A stretch of DNA of 54,707 bases from a virus (lineage: Duplodnaviria; Caudoviricetes): IMG/VR virus record IMGVR_UViG_3300025809_000025, positions 1 to 54,707 of that record; one strand, written 5' to 3'. The position numbers and the translations under genes are program-made. Each line of letters starts with the position of its first letter. The stretch's first letter is position 1. The notes beneath the pieces are model-generated. The model saw only the letters and a program-made list of their open reading frames with translations. It ran no database searches and was not told the origin of the DNA. This document shows, one piece after another, positions 16,766 through 25,463 of the stretch.

Positions 16766-17142
16766 GAGATTCAACTTATATGATCGACCTTAACGTCGTT
16801 ACCTTCGATGCATTCTGCAAGCTAGATGCGCTAGACGAAACCTTTATAGGCACCCCCGATTATATGGGGGTTGCTTACTTTTGGGGTCATGGAGTGAAGC
16901 ATTACCTTCGAGAAGCTTCTCAAGCACAGAGACGTAGAATCCATAAAAAATGGCTTGAACAAGGACTTGATCTGTACGACGACAGTGACGACCACTTTAG
17001 AGTTATAGGTGAAGTGATGCCGCGCTATCGTCAAGAGATACAGAACAGTCTGAAGGTCAACGGCTTTGAAAAGCACCGTGTACCCGAATGGAACAGGGTC
17101 AAGTTTGGAAACAATCCACCAGTGACAGCGGAGGTAGCGTAA
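16762..17142 (+). CDS. Early hypothetical protein
   Basis: 126 aa, AGGAGGT RBS, ATGA overlap. Confidence 0.7.
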   Translation: MRDSTYMIDLNVVTFDAFCKLDALDETFIGTPDYMGVAYFWGHGVKHYLREASQAQRRRIHKKWLEQGLDLYDDSDDHFRVIGEVMPRYRQEIQNSLKVNGFEKHRVPEWNRVKFGNNPPVTAEVA

Positions 17143-17321
17143 TGAACAAATTTAAATGTGAGCAATGCGACTTCTTTGGCAATGATGATGAAATTGTCAT
17201 TGTTAAAGAGGTTGATATGGAACCATACGGAGACAGAAAGGTTGAAAGGGCAAGCTACTACTATCACTGCCCAGACTGCAACTCTGACGACCTCACAGAA
17301 TACGCTGAGGTGAATTGGTAA
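17142..17321 (+). CDS. Small Zn-ribbon protein
   Basis: MNKFKCEQC...CPDCNSDDL; TAATG overlap, GGAGGT RBS. Confidence 0.7.
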   Translation: MNKFKCEQCDFFGNDDEIVIVKEVDMEPYGDRKVERASYYYHCPDCNSDDLTEYAEVNW

Positions 17322-17418
17322 ACCCCGAAATTGCGCTAAGGATGGCGCTCTTTTTCGTTAGTTTTTCAGGTGCAACCCGAGGGTTGTATCTAATGAACTA
17401 ATCAAAGAGGAAAGCAAC

Positions 17419-17757
17419 ATGTTTTTATTTAAAGAAACGCTAGAACACGCAGGCATGGCAGACACCAGAACACAGAAGCTTGCCGAAGCACTCAACTTAC
17501 TGCACTCAGCTATATCGCAGTGCGATCTAGGCAACAGAAAAATCTTTGCGGACAACTTCCCTTACGCTGTTAGGTCTGCCGTCGAGTACGCAAAGATAGA
17601 GGAGCTAAATCAAGACTTGTGGGGGATTAGCGCACTGGATCGATACCGACAAGACACTGAGCTTGCAGAGTGGATCTCTGAATACTCAGAGTATGAAGAC
17701 AGCATCCAGACTCATCCAATTAGAGATAATGTATTCGATATGGGAGACTACCGATGA
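17419..17757 (+). CDS. Hypothetical protein
   Basis: 112 aa, GAGG RBS downstream of a long hairpin. Confidence 0.65.
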   Translation: MFLFKETLEHAGMADTRTQKLAEALNLLHSAISQCDLGNRKIFADNFPYAVRSAVEYAKIEELNQDLWGISALDRYRQDTELAEWISEYSEYEDSIQTHPIRDNVFDMGDYR

Positions 17758-17885
17758 TTATTGAAATCATTTTTACAATTGTATTTTTTTCCGCAATGGC
17801 TGTGCTTTTAAGTGGAGCTTTTCTAATCGTTCAGGACAAAGAAAGACAATACCAAGAGAGAAGGAATCAACGTGACAACAAATGA
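17754..17885 (+). CDS. Small membrane protein (43 aa)
   Basis: MIIEIIFTIVFFSAMAVLLSGAFLIVQDKERQYQERR...; ATGA overlap, GGAG RBS. Confidence 0.6.
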   Translation: MIIEIIFTIVFFSAMAVLLSGAFLIVQDKERQYQERRNQRDNK

Positions 17886-18063
17886 AGAACTGCAACACCT
17901 TATGCGAAAGCACAATCTGTCTCAGACTGATGTTTCAAAAATGCTAGAGATTCCCTTGGACACTGTAAAAAACTACAGCCGAACCGCTAACCGTAGTAGA
18001 GTGCCCAAGGTAGTCATAATAGCTTTGCGTTTGAGTATTCAACTAAGAGACAAAACGGAATGA
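17872..18063 (+). CDS. XRE-family HTH protein
   Basis: LMRKHNLSQTDVSKMLEIPLDTVKNY....VP. Confidence 0.7.
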   Translation: MTTNEELQHLMRKHNLSQTDVSKMLEIPLDTVKNYSRTANRSRVPKVVIIALRLSIQLRDKTE

Positions 18064-18439
18064 GAAAGACCCACTTTGGATGCCGGTCCTGAGGACCATG
18101 AATTTGGACCGGCTCCATCCCTTCAAGCAAGATACATTCAAGTATCCCCTCCCTGCTAAACCAATACTCCCCCTTACCTGTATCAATCACCCAGAAATCA
18201 GCTAGCGACACGCTGAATGCAGACGGCTTGTTGTGGTAGTACTCGACCACAATGTTGCCTGTCTTTTGCGACATCGGATCGTACTTAACCTCAACAGTTT
18301 TACCTATCTCAGGAATCTCAATATCCCAGTCGGGATGATACCCCTCAGCCTTCCTAGCTTGAGGGAATACCAATCTCAACCGATCAAGTAAGTTACGCTC
18401 AATCGCCTCGCCTCGAATGAGGTCTTTAGCGAATCCCAT
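18014..18439 (-). CDS. PD-(D/E)XK nuclease-like protein
   Basis: GEAIE...WDIE......VEVKYD...TGNIVVEY motifs. Confidence 0.65.
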   Translation of the reverse strand: MGFAKDLIRGEAIERNLLDRLRLVFPQARKAEGYHPDWDIEIPEIGKTVEVKYDPMSQKTGNIVVEYYHNKPSAFSVSLADFWVIDTGKGEYWFSREGILECILLEGMEPVQIHGPQDRHPKWVFLIPFCLLVEYSNAKLL

Positions 18440-18716
18440 TTGCTCTGTCTTTTTTCCACAGCATCTCAACGCCAATCTTTACTAAGTCTTTACTGTGACT
18501 GGGCGTTGCATTATCTGGAATGCTGTCTATTGCCGCTCGCCTTTCATCCTTGCTTGGCAGTTCCAGTATGTTGCTTGGAAGGTAATAGGGTAGGGTTGCT
18601 TTTGCTAGATCATGAAAGTCTGGATCTAGGTTGTCCTCTATATACTGGAGGCACTGGGGGTAGTATGTTTTTTTCGCGGCTAATTTTATTTCAGCATTGA
18701 ACTTTGCAGGCTTCAT
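18426..18716 (-). CDS. Hypothetical protein
   Basis: 96-aa ORF overlapping its neighbours in the operon. Confidence 0.65.
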   Translation of the reverse strand: MKPAKFNAEIKLAAKKTYYPQCLQYIEDNLDPDFHDLAKATLPYYLPSNILELPSKDERRAAIDSIPDNATPSHSKDLVKIGVEMLWKKDRANGIR

Positions 18717-19107
18717 TGGGAACCTCTAGTAATTCTCTCATTAACAAGATGCCTGTCTCCCAATCCACCGTGACTGTTTCGACAGGTTTAAATGAGTATT
18801 CCTTGAATGTCCGTAACGGAAATACCATGCGTATCGGTTGGCGGTCGTACTTGTATATCAGCACCGGAATATAATCATCCCCTGCTGAAGTCTTTGCTTG
18901 CTCCCACCACTCCGGCTTGTACCAGTGACCAGTCGCGTATCGTTTGGCTTCGATCATTAAGTTGTGAAACTCAATGTCAGCCTTGCCGCAAGTCTGGTAT
19001 TGATCTAGGTTTCGCTTTAGGTGATTAGCGCAGGAGCCGAACTCATCTTGAAATTTCTTGATGAGCTCACGCTCAAACGCATGACCCTTAGCGCGACCGT
19101 TTATCAA
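18691..19107 (-). CDS. Holliday-junction resolvase-like PD-(D/E)XK protein
   Basis: NGRAKGHAFEREL...ADI.....IEAKR...WWEQA...PVLIYK; probable TTG start at 19107. Confidence 0.75.
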   Translation of the reverse strand: MINGRAKGHAFERELIKKFQDEFGSCANHLKRNLDQYQTCGKADIEFHNLMIEAKRYATGHWYKPEWWEQAKTSAGDDYIPVLIYKYDRQPIRMVFPLRTFKEYSFKPVETVTVDWETGILLMRELLEVPNEACKVQC

Positions 19108-19349
19108 CTCTCTTCCTCTTCTAACCACTGCAAGTAAACTCTTGCCTTTTGCAATGACTGGACCTTTCCGTTTGGATGATTTTCATATCGCCAAACATAC
19201 TTCTGAACATTACCTTTGAGGTAACCTTTGAACTGCTCAGATGTCATAGAGGATTTGATAGCTTCGATGCACTCAATCGCATCGTCTGATTTCTTATAGT
19301 GTTTGGGCTGATTTACAGCGTCCCACTCTTGAGGTGTTGCATTAACCAT
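19104..19349 (-). CDS. DUF3310 (SaV / T7 gp1.7 nucleotide kinase-like) protein
   Basis: DAVNQPKHY....IECIEAI...GYLKGNVQKYVWR...L.KA..YL. Confidence 0.85.
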   Translation of the reverse strand: MVNATPQEWDAVNQPKHYKKSDDAIECIEAIKSSMTSEQFKGYLKGNVQKYVWRYENHPNGKVQSLQKARVYLQWLEEEES

Positions 19350-19653
19350 TATTTTTCTCCGTTATCTTTTGTTTGGTCCAGTCGAGCAGTTCCATTTGTG
19401 TTCCGTAACGCTCTTCGAACCTCCGTTTAAAAGGGTGGCGACTTGTGTAACTAACATTGTCTTCACCGCCACGATGATGCTTGTAACAAAGGGGTATCGA
19501 CTTAAGGTGCGCCCCTTCTTTAGTTTTTCCGTCGATGTGATGCACCTCAGCAGGCGTGAATACGTTGAACTGACGGTGACATACACAACATCCAAACTGA
19601 GTGATGTCATCCATCCATTTCTTATCAACTGCATTCGCACCACGTCCTTTCAT
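19342..19653 (-). CDS. Ref-family (recombination enhancement) HNH nuclease
   Basis: GCCVC...PAEVHH...IPLCYKHHR...FEERYGTQ.ELL. Confidence 0.8.
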   Translation of the reverse strand: MKGRGANAVDKKWMDDITQFGCCVCHRQFNVFTPAEVHHIDGKTKEGAHLKSIPLCYKHHRGGEDNVSYTSRHPFKRRFEERYGTQMELLDWTKQKITEKNNG

Positions 19654-19982
19654 GTACCGTAAACTCTCCGCTCAGCTCTCTCACTGGCTAGCATTGACTG
19701 CCAGACTTTGAACTCAACTTCAGCTGCCAACATCTCTGACTTTGCCGCCGCTAACATTCCCTTAGCCTTGCCTCTAGCAAGACGGGCTTCATACACATTG
19801 GCGTCTTCATCAGAAGCTCTTAATTGAGCGGCATTAGTCTTAGCTCCTTTTGCTTCAGCCATGACCATCGTTTGTGCGACAATTCTTTTCTCATCTGCAT
19901 CAGATTTCGATAGCTGATACTCAGCCTTACCAACCGCTGTGCCTGCTTCTCGAATCTTCATTGCGAAGTCTTCTTGATCCAT
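19650..19982 (-). CDS. Hypothetical coiled-coil protein
   Basis: 110-aa helical ORF coupled to the primase-helicase. Confidence 0.65.
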   Translation of the reverse strand: MDQEDFAMKIREAGTAVGKAEYQLSKSDADEKRIVAQTMVMAEAKGAKTNAAQLRASDEDANVYEARLARGKAKGMLAAAKSEMLAAEVEFKVWQSMLASERAERRVYGT

Positions 19983-21818
19983 CTAGTTCTCCTTTGAATA
20001 GTTAATGTAATAACGAGCCTTGCCGTTCTTTCTGTCTCTGTACTGACAGCACTTATTGTCGAACTCAAAGCCAACTTTGCCTTCGTACATACCATTACGA
20101 TTCTTTAAAACCTCTAGGTACATATCCCATTGCCTTGTGTACTGCTCATCAGGCTCTTCACCTAACATTTCAGCCTGCTCAATCTGCTCTGTCTTGCGCT
20201 TGTTTTTCCACACGGATATGAATCCATCAGCAAGGTCTGTAATTGACCCCGAACCCTTAACGTCATACTTGTTTGGTGCTGAGTACTCTGACTCACCCTT
20301 TCGGACGTGGGTCACAATGAATATCGTGACTGGAAATGACAGCTTGAAGTTGACAAGCTTTTCTATGAATCTCTGCTGACCCTCATAGTCATCTTGCCTA
20401 ACCATATTGGTTAAAGAATCGACAACGAATGTGGTAATGCCGTAACGTCGATATGCATATTCAAAGCAGGACATTAGGTCTTCAGGTTTCGGAGTTAACT
20501 TATCAACAAACAGCCACAGGTTTGGGCACATCCACTCAAGCAGTTTCTTTCTATAGGGTTGGGGTGGTTGCTCTGATCCTGCCGCCTGACGAACCATTCG
20601 ACCCATCGTTGCTTTAGGTGTCATCTCCATCGAAGCGATTAGTACTTTCTGTTGCTGTTCAACAGCGTTGAGTGCAAGTTGATTTAGCCACATTGATTTA
20701 CCGTGACCATTGATGCCGCACACACCCCAGAGTTCATTGGGTCTGAACTTGATGTCTTCTTCGTCTAACTTCGCCCAACCAGAGCCAAAGCCCTGAGTGT
20801 CATCAGCCTTGTTTTCAAAGTAGTCATCTATCTCTGACTCAAAATCTAAGACAGATCTAAGAGTCTCAGGATCTTTCCACCGAGCCTCTTCATATGCACA
20901 CTTGAGCATCCATTGAGCCTGCTCATAACCTTCCTTCTGCAAGAGCTCATTAATGTCTTTGGTAGGCAGGTTGACTCGATAGCATCGATCACCAAGTCGC
21001 TGCATTATTTCTGCGGCGGCAAGCTCCCCCTGCTCATCCATATCAGTAGCGATAAGGATCTCTTCGAAGCGTGCTAGGTTCTCGTATTCATGAGCTATCC
21101 ACTTAGTCTGCTTTGCACCTTTACCTCCACCCATTGGTACAGATAGAGCAGGGAAACCTAACTCACCACAAGCAATAGCATCCCACTCACCCTCTGTAAT
21201 CCAGATCTTCCTAACAGTGTCAGGGATTGCCTGCCAACCAAACAGGATTGGCTTTAGATCTTTCTGGGTAGATGGGTTGCCATCATGATTGATCGGCTTA
21301 GTCTTTATGAATGTCTCTTTGCCGTCTGTATCAAAGAAAGGAAACACTACATCCTGACCGCCTCTAGCATCTGTCTCATAGATCTTGTATCGGAAGCACA
21401 CCTCTCCTACATCTTTGAATCCTCTCTTCTCCATGTATTCATGAAGGTGTTGATGCTCATTCCTTTCGGGAGGTTTAGGTAGGGTGTAATTTTTCTTTTC
21501 CGCCGGAGCAACTTTTTTTGCAGGCGTGTTGTCCCTGATACCATATCTTTTCTTTGCCCAGTCCATAGCATTGACTAAAGAAAGACCTTGGCTGTACATA
21601 ATCAAGTCAAGAAGGTCACCACCTTCTCCGGTGCTGAAATCCATCCACTTACCGCACTGATCACCGTTGAGATAGACAGACATACTTCTACCTCTTTCAC
21701 CCTGTATCGATCCTATCTTGTAGCATCCAGACTCGACTCGACCGTCAGGATATAACTCGTTGCAAATGCCTGCGGCATGAGGTGCTAGGTTCTGCGCTAG
21801 CGTTTTAACATCCATCAT
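19983..21818 (-). CDS. DNA primase-helicase (Toprim + SF4/DnaB-like helicase)
   Basis: Toprim ITEGEWDA and DMDEQG; Walker A GINGHGKS; SMEM; VDSL; VTHVRK; DVKGSGSITDLAD; KNRNG. Confidence 0.92.
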   Translation of the reverse strand: MMDVKTLAQNLAPHAAGICNELYPDGRVESGCYKIGSIQGERGRSMSVYLNGDQCGKWMDFSTGEGGDLLDLIMYSQGLSLVNAMDWAKKRYGIRDNTPAKKVAPAEKKNYTLPKPPERNEHQHLHEYMEKRGFKDVGEVCFRYKIYETDARGGQDVVFPFFDTDGKETFIKTKPINHDGNPSTQKDLKPILFGWQAIPDTVRKIWITEGEWDAIACGELGFPALSVPMGGGKGAKQTKWIAHEYENLARFEEILIATDMDEQGELAAAEIMQRLGDRCYRVNLPTKDINELLQKEGYEQAQWMLKCAYEEARWKDPETLRSVLDFESEIDDYFENKADDTQGFGSGWAKLDEEDIKFRPNELWGVCGINGHGKSMWLNQLALNAVEQQQKVLIASMEMTPKATMGRMVRQAAGSEQPPQPYRKKLLEWMCPNLWLFVDKLTPKPEDLMSCFEYAYRRYGITTFVVDSLTNMVRQDDYEGQQRFIEKLVNFKLSFPVTIFIVTHVRKGESEYSAPNKYDVKGSGSITDLADGFISVWKNKRKTEQIEQAEMLGEEPDEQYTRQWDMYLEVLKNRNGMYEGKVGFEFDNKCCQYRDRKNGKARYYINYSKEN

Positions 21819-22537
21819 TTGACAGCCCCCAACAGATCATTCTTTCTGTCGTGACCTCTAAATGACTTAAGAGCATCCCAGTCAGGCTTACCAACAGACT
21901 TCCACTCCCTGCTGATTGCAAAATCCACAACACCTGACAAGTCAAAGCCTTGCTTTTTAAGAACAAGAAAGTCCTGAGAAATGACCGTAATCATTTTCTT
22001 GGCAGGCTTCCTACCTTTACGATCATCAAGCTTGTACTCCCACCACTTAACCCAAGCGGCTTTCGTTACACCTTCTGGTGGAGCGTTAAGGAGAGAAGAA
22101 CGCCAACATATTTGTTCTTTCTTATCTTCGTTAGTAATAATGTTTGTTCTTTGGGTTTGATTTACTTGATCTGGGTTTACTTGATCTGGGTTTTGATGAT
22201 CTGGTGGAAAGCGACCGCGAACATCTGTAACTAGCCAGTCCCATCGGACAACATGACCACTTTCGTTTCGGACAATTTCTCTACGGATATACCCTGCGTT
22301 CTCTAGCTCATCAGTAATGCGAGTCATCTTCACATTGCCGACACCAAAGACTGTACAGAGTTGGTTGTTAGTTATTTGCCAGTCATCGACATGGCTTAAA
22401 AGGTAGACAAGAACACCGAGGGATTCGGGGCTAAGTCCATCGCCTCTATACTCGCTGGCGGAAAATCCACCTCGAAGGAGTAAGTTGGGGATTCGGGTAT
22501 AATAATCTTGCTTAAGATTGGCAGGACGAAAAATCAT
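21815..22537 (-). CDS. Replication initiator protein (HTH, lambda O / DnaD-like architecture)
   Basis: YTRIPN...LSPESLGVLVYLLS..DDW...ELENAGYI winged-HTH; repeat linker; C-terminal W..W.EYK...AISREW domain. Confidence 0.75.
   Translation of the reverse strand: MIFRPANLKQDYYTRIPNLLLRGGFSASEYRGDGLSPESLGVLVYLLSHVDDWQITNNQLCTVFGVGNVKMTRITDELENAGYIRREIVRNESGHVVRWDWLVTDVRGRFPPDHQNPDQVNPDQVNQTQRTNIITNEDKKEQICWRSSLLNAPPEGVTKAAWVKWWEYKLDDRKGRKPAKKMITVISQDFLVLKKQGFDLSGVVDFAISREWKSVGKPDWDALKSFRGHDRKNDLLGAVK
22151..22205. repeat. Iteron-like tandem repeats (putative origin of replication)
   Basis: TTTACTTGATCTGGG x2 (22161-22190), a degenerate copy TTTTGATGATCTGGT and a partial copy, next to an AT-rich tract inside the initiator gene. 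Confidence 0.65.
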
Positions 22538-22575
22538 TAATCAGACAGCTCCATGTAATATTCATTTGAGCAGGG

Positions 22576-22604
22576 ATAATAATCTGCATGTATTAATTTG
22601 GCAA
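22576..22604 (-). promoter_or_regulatory. Leftward promoter for the replication operon
   Basis: Minus strand TTGCCA-17 nt-TATTAT; an operator-like motif lies in the spacer. Confidence 0.65.
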
Positions 22605-22671
22605 ATTTATTTATCTGAAGGTCTTGTTAAATGATCTTAAATATGGAAGATCCTGACTCAGGGAGAAATAC

Positions 22672-23085
22672 ATGGACGATAAAACTAAAAAAGAAAAACG
22701 TGCGGAAATATTTAAAGACGCTTTAGATCAAGCGGGAGTGCCGGAATGGGGCAGGGGCGCAGCGATTGTAAAGCAGACCGGCTGTAGCCCAGCTTCAGCG
22801 CAGGCTTGGATTCGAGGAAGCCTGCCATCGGACGGGGAGCGTATAGTAGAGTTATGTGATCTTTATCACATTGACTTATACCTATGGATAACCTTGGCGT
22901 CGCGAGGTGATTCGCTGATAGCAGATTCGATGACTGAAGCTATCATTTACGTTAAGCATTTTGAGGAAAAAACAGCTTTCACCCTTACACCAGAGCAGTT
23001 TTCTCTTATGTGTCTAATGTATACAGATGCTCGAAAGCGCGATGGGATAGCAGGCATGATGAAAGTTTTGACTGCAAAAGGTTAA
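22672..23085 (+). CDS. Putative prophage repressor (HTH)
   Basis: F..AL...G.P..GRGAAIVKQTGCSPASAQAWIRGSLP....IVELC; divergent from the replication operon; no C-terminal peptidase domain visible. Confidence 0.75.
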   Translation: MDDKTKKEKRAEIFKDALDQAGVPEWGRGAAIVKQTGCSPASAQAWIRGSLPSDGERIVELCDLYHIDLYLWITLASRGDSLIADSMTEAIIYVKHFEEKTAFTLTPEQFSLMCLMYTDARKRDGIAGMMKVLTAKG

Positions 23086-23147
23086 TCAAATATTTATATT
23101 TGAAAGATAATTTTTAAAGAAATAATTACATTAAATGGACGTTTTAT

Positions 23148-23339
23148 ATGGCAAGAGTTACACCGGAAGATAGATTAAGCTGTAATCAGTTGCTTAAATT
23201 TTTAAGAGGCAATGATGGTATTCGTAGTGAATTTTATATAGGGAGGCGAAACTTTTGGAAACACTATGAGACAGTTAAAATGATTGAGACAGGTTTAGAA
23301 AATAAAATAAAAAATTTAGATGACGATTTAACAATCTGA
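23148..23339 (+). CDS. Hypothetical protein in AT-rich patch
   Basis: 63-aa ORF, weak RBS. Confidence 0.4.
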   Translation: MARVTPEDRLSCNQLLKFLRGNDGIRSEFYIGRRNFWKHYETVKMIETGLENKIKNLDDDLTI

Positions 23340-23344
23340 AAGTG

Positions 23345-23373
23345 TTGAAATAAATCTGCATGGTGTGTAATAT
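23345..23373 (+). promoter_or_regulatory. Promoter for the recombination operon
   Basis: TTGAAA-17 nt-TAATAT overlapped by two operator-like motifs. Confidence 0.65.
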
Positions 23374-23399
23374 GTCTGTTGAATTAACGGAGATATTAC

Positions 23400-24053
23400 A
23401 TGGATATGCTTACCCGAGCCCAAATCTGGGCGACACTGTCTAATATAGATGTAACAGAATTTTGTACCGAAACAGAGATACTCGACAATAAAACGTTGAC
23501 CTATCTGCCTTGGATGAAAGCCCATGAAATCATGATGGGCGAGTTTCCTGAATACTCTTGGGAGTTCACCGAAGACCCTTCTTCTCGTGAATGTCACTAT
23601 TTTGATGATGGTTCTGCCGAAGTTAGGTGCCGAATGACTATCGGTGGGCAGACCAACATCACCTACTTACCTGTCCACTCCTCTGGCAAAGCAGTCAGTT
23701 CACCCTCAGCAACCGATATCAACCAAGCTAAACAGCGGTGTCGTGTTAAGGCAATGGGTGAGTTTGGTCTGGGCTACCGGATGTGGATTAGCTCTCAAAT
23801 TAAAGATATTGAGTCTAAAAGTGCTTCTCAAGATGTACAAAGTACACCTCCAGAAACAGATGATGCAGATGCAGAACTTCAAAAGGTTATTGCGATCTGG
23901 GATCACCTGAAGTTTGGTGACGCCAAGACCCTGAGTGAAGCCACAAAGCTGTACGACAAGTTTAAACGTGGTCTAACTAATAGAGGCTTAACAGATACCA
24001 CTGGTAACTGGGAAAAGCTCTGTAAGGAGAATGGTTGGAGGGCTAAGAAATGA
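23400..24053 (+). CDS. Sak/Rad52-like single-strand annealing protein (DUF1071)
   Basis: W.TLS.IDV...LTYLPW..A...LPV...DIN.A.QRC.VKA...FGLG. Confidence 0.85.
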   Translation: MDMLTRAQIWATLSNIDVTEFCTETEILDNKTLTYLPWMKAHEIMMGEFPEYSWEFTEDPSSRECHYFDDGSAEVRCRMTIGGQTNITYLPVHSSGKAVSSPSATDINQAKQRCRVKAMGEFGLGYRMWISSQIKDIESKSASQDVQSTPPETDDADAELQKVIAIWDHLKFGDAKTLSEATKLYDKFKRGLTNRGLTDTTGNWEKLCKENGWRAKK

Positions 24054-25078
24054 GTTTAGCTGTCCAAGGATCACCCGAATGGCACGCGGCAAGAGCTGGA
24101 AAGATCAAAGCATCTGTCTGCGCCGCGCTAGAGGGTAAGCACCCATACATGAAACCTGCTGACTTAGTTCGCCAAGAAGTACGAGCGCTGGCAGGGGCTG
24201 AATCAGAATTCAAGATGGTTCCGGCAGTTGCTCACGGGCAAATGATGGAAGACCATGCAAGGATCTTTCTTGAGAACTTGCAGGACTACACTGTCGAAGA
24301 GACTGGTCTAGTTGTACATCCTAAGTATGACTTTATTGCAGCATCTCCAGACGGACTTGTCGGACTTGACGGTTGCGTTGAGATTAAGTGTCCGTTCCCC
24401 CAATACACTAAGACCCCTTACTCTATCTTTGCTCCCAAGAGAAGCATGTACCTAATGCAGGTCTATATGCAGATGGAAGTGCTTGATGCAGAGTGGTGTG
24501 ATTTTATTTGCTACCTCGCAAAAAATGAAACGGCGGAACCCCAGTACACGTTGGAGAGAGTTCACCGCAAGGAAGACTTTCTAACTGAACTGTTAAGCCG
24601 CAAGTACCTGCCTCAGCCTGAGAAGGGAACTATCTCTCGCCTTGATCTATATAGATGTTGGCACAACTGGATTCAAGAACAGTATAGAGACGAAGTAACC
24701 CGAGCTGAACACGTAAAAACAATTGAGGTCAACGCTCCTGAGGTCATTAAGACCGATGAGGAACTGAACCGACTAACTGCAATGCAGAACAGGATTGCAG
24801 ACATTAAGTCACGAATCAGTGACGACTTAGAAACCTTGGACGTACTGGGAAAGACCAGTGACTCCCTGAAAAAAGATATCGCCGAACGTTACAAGAGTTC
24901 TGTCAGCAATGGCAAGACTACTGTGAAGGTGATTATGAAGAACCCACCAATAGACTATAGAAAAGCGTTCGAGTTCTTGGGTGGTGAAGATGAAGTATTA
25001 AATAAAGACGAGTCCCTAGATTCTTTTCGAAGATCGACGGGAGCAATGCAGGTACAAATTCAACACGGAGAAGTGTAA
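24050..25078 (+). CDS. YqaJ / lambda-exonuclease family protein
   Basis: QGSPEWHAARAG.I.AS...HG...E..AR...ASPDGLV....VEIKCP...Y.MQV..QM. Confidence 0.9.
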   Translation: MSLAVQGSPEWHAARAGKIKASVCAALEGKHPYMKPADLVRQEVRALAGAESEFKMVPAVAHGQMMEDHARIFLENLQDYTVEETGLVVHPKYDFIAASPDGLVGLDGCVEIKCPFPQYTKTPYSIFAPKRSMYLMQVYMQMEVLDAEWCDFICYLAKNETAEPQYTLERVHRKEDFLTELLSRKYLPQPEKGTISRLDLYRCWHNWIQEQYRDEVTRAEHVKTIEVNAPEVIKTDEELNRLTAMQNRIADIKSRISDDLETLDVLGKTSDSLKKDIAERYKSSVSNGKTTVKVIMKNPPIDYRKAFEFLGGEDEVLNKDESLDSFRRSTGAMQVQIQHGEV

Positions 25079-25452
25079 TGCAAAAACCAACAGCATTTGA
25101 ATCATTAAAAGCCGGCAAGGGTAGATTATACCCAATGCCAAAAGAGAAGCGCGTCGAAGAGTGGAACCGCCTTAAGCAATACGACTGGGCAACCAAAGCA
25201 CATGTGCCAAAGTTCGATGGCTTTATTAAAGTTAGTCGCGAGTTAGTCGCTGACCTACAGGCTGCTCTTGACGTACATGGCGGTAACGACTTCCGCTACA
25301 ACATAAAAGTCTGCGAGCAGATGGGTGACGATGGGAACTTACAGCAGTTAAATGTTGATTACTGGATTCCTAAGCCAAACCCTAATACGCAATCTTCAGC
25401 GCCAGCAGCTGCGCCTGCTGACGACTTTTTAGACGACGACCTACCTTTCTAA
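25078..25452 (+). CDS. Putative single-stranded DNA-binding protein
   Basis: Acidic SSB-type tail DDFLDDDLPF; follows the Sak and exonuclease genes. Confidence 0.65.
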   Translation: MQKPTAFESLKAGKGRLYPMPKEKRVEEWNRLKQYDWATKAHVPKFDGFIKVSRELVADLQAALDVHGGNDFRYNIKVCEQMGDDGNLQQLNVDYWIPKPNPNTQSSAPAAAPADDFLDDDLPF

Positions 25453-25463
25453 GGACTTACTAA

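Noticed and set aside
14190-17321. Shared C-terminal 'EVA/EVS/EVN' peptide in several early proteins as a targeting signal
   Set aside because: Largely explained by the GGAGGT Shine-Dalgarno of the overlapping downstream gene.
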